Source: Macrostomum lignano (taxonomy: Eukaryota). Taken from it: a stretch of 64,000 bases of DNA. The notes beneath the pieces are model-generated. The model was not told the origin of the DNA. It made no database searches and saw nothing but the letters and a program-made list of their open reading frames with translations. Position numbers and translations under genes: made by a program. The DNA is taken from positions 62,001 to 126,000 of the forward strand of contig NIVC01001730.1 of assembly GCA_002269645.1 (NCBI GenBank), read 5' to 3'. Below, in pieces: positions 62,674 through 64,000 of this stretch (positions are counted from its first letter, which is position 1; every line of letters begins with the position of its first letter).

Positions 62674-63477
62674 AGGCAGGAGAGGGAGAGAGACGGAAGC
62701 CAGCAGGAAAATCTACATGGTATAAATTAGTGCAGTGGCTACAGTATTAACACGCAATGCGTCCCCATGCACCGAGCTTGAGCACTGCTCGGCGAGAGGA
62801 TCACAGATCGGGGGGAGGGGACGCGAAGAGAGGAACAGAGGAGAACAAGCTGATCTTCATTTAATTGCTCCAGAGCCGCAATTCCGGTTGCTCCAGTGCA
62901 GCCCGCAGTCCAGCCTCTGATGTAGCTAGTCAGCAGCCATTCGGGCCCCGAGCTCGCAGACTGTCCATTCGATCAGCATGCGCTCAGCCTCAGTTTGACA
63001 ATTTTACACGATTAAGGGCTGGAATTGGCATACAAACCCGCGCCTTGCAGCTGAGGGCACCTGAGCAGGCGCATGACTCGGCCTGCTCATTTAGTTTTCA
63101 GAGACCCCAGCTGTGCTCACGCCCGAGGCAAGAGCTGTCTGGTGAATAATTGACAGCATTCACAGATATCGTTGAGCAGCTGCTGGCCAGCAAAAAATTC
63201 ACTTTGTGACTGAAGAATCCAGTGCTCCTATCCAGTCGTAATTCATTGATGAAGCTAGAACAGCTTCTCGGTTTTAGTCGATTTTTGCCTCCTCAACTGA
63301 GCTTCTTCTCCTAGCAACTGCGAGTTATAAAGCTCTGCGAGCATATTAGGGCCAGGCAAATTCTGATCACGTCAGCAGCTCGGGATAATCGGATTAAATT
63401 TTTGCTTAAACTTCAGATGAACCCCAAAAAATGATTGGGGCAGATTCTGGATGGTAAAGAGGTCCCTTTCTTCGCTC

Positions 63478-63980
63478 ACCCGACCTACCCAGCCTATCCA
63501 ACCAACCAACCTACTCAACTTACCCAACCTATCCAACCAACCAACCTACCCAACATGCCAAACCTATCTAACCTACCTAACCTACCCAACATACCCAACC
63601 TACCCAACAGATCACACCTACCCACGCAACCTACGCAACATACTCAACCTACTCAACCTACTCAACCTACCCAACCTACCCAACCTTCCTAACCTACCCA
63701 ACCTACTCAACCTACTTAACCTACTCAGCCTACCCAACCTACCCAACTTACTTAACCTACTCGGCCTACCCAACCTACCCAACCTACTTACTCGGCCTAC
63801 CCAACCTACTCATCCTACCGAACCCATCCAACCCACTCAACCTACCACTCCTGCCCAACCTACTTAACCTACCAACCTACATAGCCTACTAGCCTATATG
63901 TACTTAACTTACCCAGTCAACCCAACCTTACCCAACCCAAACTATCTACCAATCGATCTAGCCTACCCAAGTCCACCTAT
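63478..63980. repeat. Degenerate 9-bp-based array (CCTACCCAA / CCTACTCAA / CCTACCTAA)
   Basis: Direct reading. Confidence 0.85.
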
Positions 63981-64000
63981 CCCGATTAACTAGCTAAAAC

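Overview
Eukaryotic, animal-type genomic DNA with GT-AG introns, GC-rich exons, a Dbx homeobox gene and a Cys-loop channel. The repeat-saturated architecture recalls the flatworm Macrostomum, but that assignment is inference only. Eight host genes were reconstructed by hand, all on the minus strand: a class A peptide-type GPCR, Dbx, a bacterial-type dihydroxy-acid dehydratase (ilvD) with three introns, UQCRQ, DNAJC27/RBJ, FKBP12, a C2orf69 homolog, and the last exon of a Cys-loop anion channel. About 30 mutually unrelated tandem arrays (units 4-60 bp, roughly 23 kb in total) fill every host intron longer than about 140 nt and every intergenic gap in 1-40 kb and 59.8-64 kb. Most long ORFs in the supplied track are read-through of these arrays. 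The AT-rich, array-free block at 40.4-59.7 kb holds a 9,067-bp CMC (EnSpm/CACTA-like) DNA transposon with CCC...GGG TIRs, a TA duplication, a twice-frameshifted transposase and a spliced accessory gene, plus a tRNA-derived SINE. Best leads: (1) an intron-bearing, catalytically intact, bacterial-like ilvD in an animal; (2) a private minisatellite in each intron and spacer, including one built from the Dbx exon end plus its splice donor; (3) a co-oriented five-gene cluster that may be a trans-spliced operon; (4) the transposon and its palindromic target site; (5) an array of Hox/Pbx+Meis-like sites upstream of Dbx. No database searches were run.
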